Source: Acidimicrobiales bacterium
GTDB lineage: Bacteria > Actinomycetota > Acidimicrobiia > Acidimicrobiales > GCA-2861595
DNA: 64,000 bases
Direction: 5' to 3'
NCBI GenBank assembly: GCA_035536185.1
Contig: DATLOM010000018.1
Span: 135,865-199,864, forward strand
Part shown: one piece after another, positions 61,199 to 64,000 of the stretch
Position numbering within the stretch: the first letter of the stretch is position 1
Layout of the letters: every line of letters begins with the position of its first letter
Program-made: the position numbers and the translations under genes
Notes under the pieces: model-generated
Seen by the model: the letters and a program-made list of their open reading frames with translations, nothing else
The model's database searches: none
What the model was told of the DNA's origin: nothing

Positions 61199-62344
61199 TC
61201 AGCTGGTGGACATAGCCCGAGGAGCGCGCAGGCGGCGCTCCATCGGTCGCTCCACAGTAGAGAACAGGGTCGCGCTCGCCGCTACGGAAACAGCCAGCAG
61301 CGTCAGGATGCCGGCCACGATGAACGCCGGCCCCCTCCCGCGCAGATCGACGGCCCCGTCGGCGACCTCGAGCACCATCGCGTGAAGCAGGTAGAAGGCG
61401 AAGGACCACTCACCGAGGCGGACGAGGGCGCGGTGACGGGCGAATGACCGTCGACCGGCGATGTCGGCCTGGGCGGCGGCCACGATAAGCAGGGCGAAGG
61501 GCACCAGGGTGACGGCGGCGACCTGGAAGGCCGGCGGTACGGCCCGGCAGGCCAACCAGACCGCCACGGCCAGAGCCAGAGCCGGAGCGAGCCGAAAACG
61601 ACCCGTCGCTCCCGCACGAACCTCGAGAGCCAGGAGGATGCCGAGGACGAACTCGGGGAGCCGGGCTACTGGGAACACGTACACGAGCCAGTGCCGGGCC
61701 GCGGGGGCGGCGGCGTAACCGGCACCGGCGGCCAGGAGGGTGCCTGAGACACTCAGGCCCATCAAAGCCCGACGCCAGCGCTGGCCAAAGTGAGCTAGAA
61801 CGGGCAAAAGGAACGGGAACGTGGCGTAGAAGAACGCCTCGACCGCCAGTGTCCAGGCGACAGCGTTCACCGCGAAGTGCACATCTGGTGACGGGTGCCA
61901 GGACTGCAGGAGCGTGAGACTCAAGACGGCGGGTACCAACCCGACGGAGTGGCCGGCGGCAAGCAGGACGACCAGCGCGAGCAGCCAGGCCACCGCGTGG
62001 TTGGGCACGATCCTGGCCACCCGCCGGCGGTAGAAGGCCGCCGGCCGATCACCCGGCCGGGCAGACCAGGTGAGGACGAAGCCGCTTAGCACGAAGAAGA
62101 AGGAGACGCCGGCGAAGCCGGTCTGGGCTGTCCCGTTCACAGGGTTCTCCGGGTCGAGAAACGCGTCGCCGGCATGGTTGGCGAAGACGGCCAGCGCGGC
62201 CAGGAACCGCAGCCCCGTCAAGGACGGCAGCCGGACTACCTCCTGCCCACGATCAGGCAGGATGGGCGATTCCTCGGGCCGAGACGTCGGCGCCAATGCT
62301 TCGGGCGGCAGACTCGCTGGGGAGGTGATGCGCGAACGGAACAT
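61199..62344 (-). CDS. Acyltransferase family 3 (O-acyl/acetyltransferase) membrane protein (start uncertain)
   Basis: It shows LPSLTGLRFLAALAVFANH and about 10 transmembrane segments. The listed start overlaps the upstream methyltransferase by 92 nt. Confidence 0.65.
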   Translation of the reverse strand: MFRSRITSPASLPPEALAPTSRPEESPILPDRGQEVVRLPSLTGLRFLAALAVFANHAGDAFLDPENPVNGTAQTGFAGVSFFFVLSGFVLTWSARPGDRPAAFYRRRVARIVPNHAVAWLLALVVLLAAGHSVGLVPAVLSLTLLQSWHPSPDVHFAVNAVAWTLAVEAFFYATFPFLLPVLAHFGQRWRRALMGLSVSGTLLAAGAGYAAAPAARHWLVYVFPVARLPEFVLGILLALEVRAGATGRFRLAPALALAVAVWLACRAVPPAFQVAAVTLVPFALLIVAAAQADIAGRRSFARHRALVRLGEWSFAFYLLHAMVLEVADGAVDLRGRGPAFIVAGILTLLAVSVAASATLFSTVERPMERRLRAPRAMSTS

Positions 62345-63065
62345 CGGCGGGCTCGCAGATGAAGGTCTGGACGAAGGCCTCGGGAAGATGGCGGATGACC
62401 CGGAACCCCGCCACGGCGAGCAGGGACGCGAGGCAACTCGGCGTCAGGCCCCAAAACCAGTTGCCATAACCCTGCTCGGGCTCGAAGCCGTCGGTGATGC
62501 CCACCTGACGATCGAGGCCCAGTGAGGAGAGGTTCCACCGGCGGCGGGCGCGAGGGGCGAGCATGGGATAGAAGACGGCAGCATTGGGCATGCCGTTCAT
62601 CTCCGGGATCGTCGACGTGCGCAGGATCAGTGTCTGGCCGCACACGCGGCGCAAGGCGACCAGGACGTCGAAGGGGCTGGGGTGGTGGTACAGCACGCCG
62701 GCGCACAGGACGACGTCGGCCACGCCAAGGCGCTGGATGGTGTCGCCGTCGGTGATGTCGCCGAGGACGAATGAAACTGCGGACCCACGTCGCTCCTTGG
62801 CGGCCTCGAATTCGGGAGTCGGGCCGAACACGTCCAGGCCGGTCACAGTGGTCGCTCCGGCATCCTCGGCGACGAAGGAGAATTCGCCATTGACTCCCCA
62901 CATGCAACCGACGTCGAGGAAGCTCTTGCCTGGGGCGTACTGGCGGACGTGCTCAGGGAGCCGGTCGTAGCTGCCCACGTCGTCGCCCCGGTAAGCCCGC
63001 CAGCGCCGCCATGCCAGGTTCGCCTTGCGATTCCTGAGCATCCACACCTTGGTGCGATAGAGCAT
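62253..63065 (-). CDS. Class I SAM-dependent methyltransferase
   Basis: Trimmed to ATG 63065, which forms a TGATG overlap with the upstream stop. Motif I is FLDVGCMWGVNG. It also shows VVLCAGVLYHHPSP. Confidence 0.6.
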   Translation of the reverse strand: MLYRTKVWMLRNRKANLAWRRWRAYRGDDVGSYDRLPEHVRQYAPGKSFLDVGCMWGVNGEFSFVAEDAGATTVTGLDVFGPTPEFEAAKERRGSAVSFVLGDITDGDTIQRLGVADVVLCAGVLYHHPSPFDVLVALRRVCGQTLILRTSTIPEMNGMPNAAVFYPMLAPRARRRWNLSSLGLDRQVGITDGFEPEQGYGNWFWGLTPSCLASLLAVAGFRVIRHLPEAFVQTFICEPADVPFAHHLPSESAARSIGADVSARGIAHPA

Positions 63066-64000
63066 CAAGTCTCCGTCCTCTCGTTTGTCGCCGCCGACTG
63101 CGGCCCGGCCCCAGCTTGCCTGGCCAGCCGCCTGGACTGGTGGAAAGCCAGAGGGCCGAGGATGTTCCCGGCGATCTCCAGCAGGTTGAGCTTGATCGGG
63201 TAAGGAGAGGGGCCTTTCGCCGACTGACGCAGCCGCTGGAAGTGGCTCTTGGGGAGCTTCCAGGCGAGGTAGTGCAAGGAGCGCAGGTCGCGGTCGTCGA
63301 TCAGCGTGGTGAGGTGGTAGGCGACGTGGCCCTTGCTGTACCCGTACAGCTGACGCTGAAGGCCCGCCATGTCGGAGCGGTGGCGGTGCCACACCCAGGC
63401 GTCGGGCTCGTACGCGATGGTGTGCCCGGCCTTCAAGACCTTGTAGAAGAGGTAGGTGTCCTCGCCCACGGCGGCCGGTATGCCTGCTCCGAGTGCCTCG
63501 TGCAGCAGCCCGATCTCGGGATCCTGGAACACCCAGGAGCGAAAGGCGGTGTTGGCCGTTCCGCCGATCTCCCAGGTCGGCACGGCCGACCTCCGGCCCT
63601 CGAACCAGGCGGGGGTGAACTCCTTGCGCCGGAACCCCCGGCCGAGACCTCCATAGGCTTCGAACAGGCGCTGCGCGGAGCCCTCGAGCTCCAACGGGAG
63701 AATGTTTCCCGTCACGCCGGCCACATCGGGTCGACCGAAGGGAGCCAAGAGGCGCTCCACCCAGTGGGCAGGTGCACGGACGTCGTCGTCGGTCATGAGA
63801 ATGATGTCACCCGTCGCCGCCCGGATGCCGGCGTTCCTGGCGAACGAAGAGCCTCTTCGGGCCTCCTCGACCAAGCGGACGGAAGGAAATTCGGCGACAA
63901 CCGGCGGGGTCAATCCCGATGCGGGATTGTTGTCGACGACCACCACCTCCACGTCTCGGTCCACCTGCTGTCCAGTGAGGCAGCCCAGGCACATCCGGAG
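63065..64000 (-). CDS. GT2-family glycosyltransferase, 5' end beyond the window
   Basis: It shows VVVVDNNPASG, ILMTDDDV and GEDTYLFYK. The typical N-terminal beta-strand is missing, so the ORF probably continues past 64000. Confidence 0.75.
   Translation of the reverse strand, partial: LRMCLGCLTGQQVDRDVEVVVVDNNPASGLTPPVVAEFPSVRLVEEARRGSSFARNAGIRAATGDIILMTDDDVRAPAHWVERLLAPFGRPDVAGVTGNILPLELEGSAQRLFEAYGGLGRGFRRKEFTPAWFEGRRSAVPTWEIGGTANTAFRSWVFQDPEIGLLHEALGAGIPAAVGEDTYLFYKVLKAGHTIAYEPDAWVWHRHRSDMAGLQRQLYGYSKGHVAYHLTTLIDDRDLRSLHYLAWKLPKSHFQRLRQSAKGPSPYPIKLNLLEIAGNILGPLAFHQSRRLARQAGAGPQSAATNERTET

Overview
This is a high-GC (about 70%) chromosome segment with actinobacterial-type gene order. All family calls come from motif recognition by eye; I ran no HMM, BLAST, tRNAscan or Rfam search. 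From left to right the window contains:

- **1-5.9 kb, minus strand:** the conserved translation and transcription locus, in transcription order tRNA-Thr, tRNA-Met, rpmG, an inserted ECF sigma/anti-sigma pair, tRNA-Trp, secE, nusG, rplK, rplA, rplJ, rplL, and the 5' end of rpoB. rpmG and rpoB are absent from the ORF track and were found by hand translation.
- **6.4-18.3 kb:** a large cytoplasmic signalling module. It is one translationally coupled minus-strand operon: a 2243-aa poly-HAMP/GAF hybrid histidine kinase, CheR, a receiver-less CheB, a REC-histidine kinase and a REC-GAF-PP2C phosphatase. A REC/RsbW-like kinase fusion is transcribed divergently. The window holds no CheA, CheW, MCP, Hpt, STAS or target sigma gene.
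- **18.5-26.5 kb:** an accessory region.
  - A DUF222/HNH gene sits behind a LexA-type SOS box. It is frameshifted and carries 10 copies of a perfect 14-16 bp palindrome in its coding sequence.
  - A DUF2442/YgiT zinc-finger pair follows.
  - A decayed island is bounded by three copies of the tRNA-Tyr 3' end. Its cargo is a DUF1643-nuclease fusion, a DUF3800 protein and an orphan protein.
  - An IS481-type element lies next to the intact tRNA-Tyr.
- **26.5-33.1 kb:** housekeeping genes yajQ, an M23 peptidase, htpX, a HAD phosphatase, acs and a MidA/NDUFAF7-like methyltransferase.
- **33.2-43.4 kb:** an 11-gene nuo operon (nuoA-B-C-D-H-I-J-K-L-M-N) with no nuoE, nuoF or nuoG.
- **43.7-64 kb:** a Wzx/Wzy-type polysaccharide cluster. 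It contains three paralogues of an uncharacterised secreted domain of about 370 aa. Two of these are preceded by near-identical leaders that look like c-di-GMP-I (GEMM-I) riboswitches.

Many long ORFs in the track are antisense or out-of-frame shadows of real genes. Several listed ORFs carry spurious N-terminal extensions, which are trimmed in the feature list.
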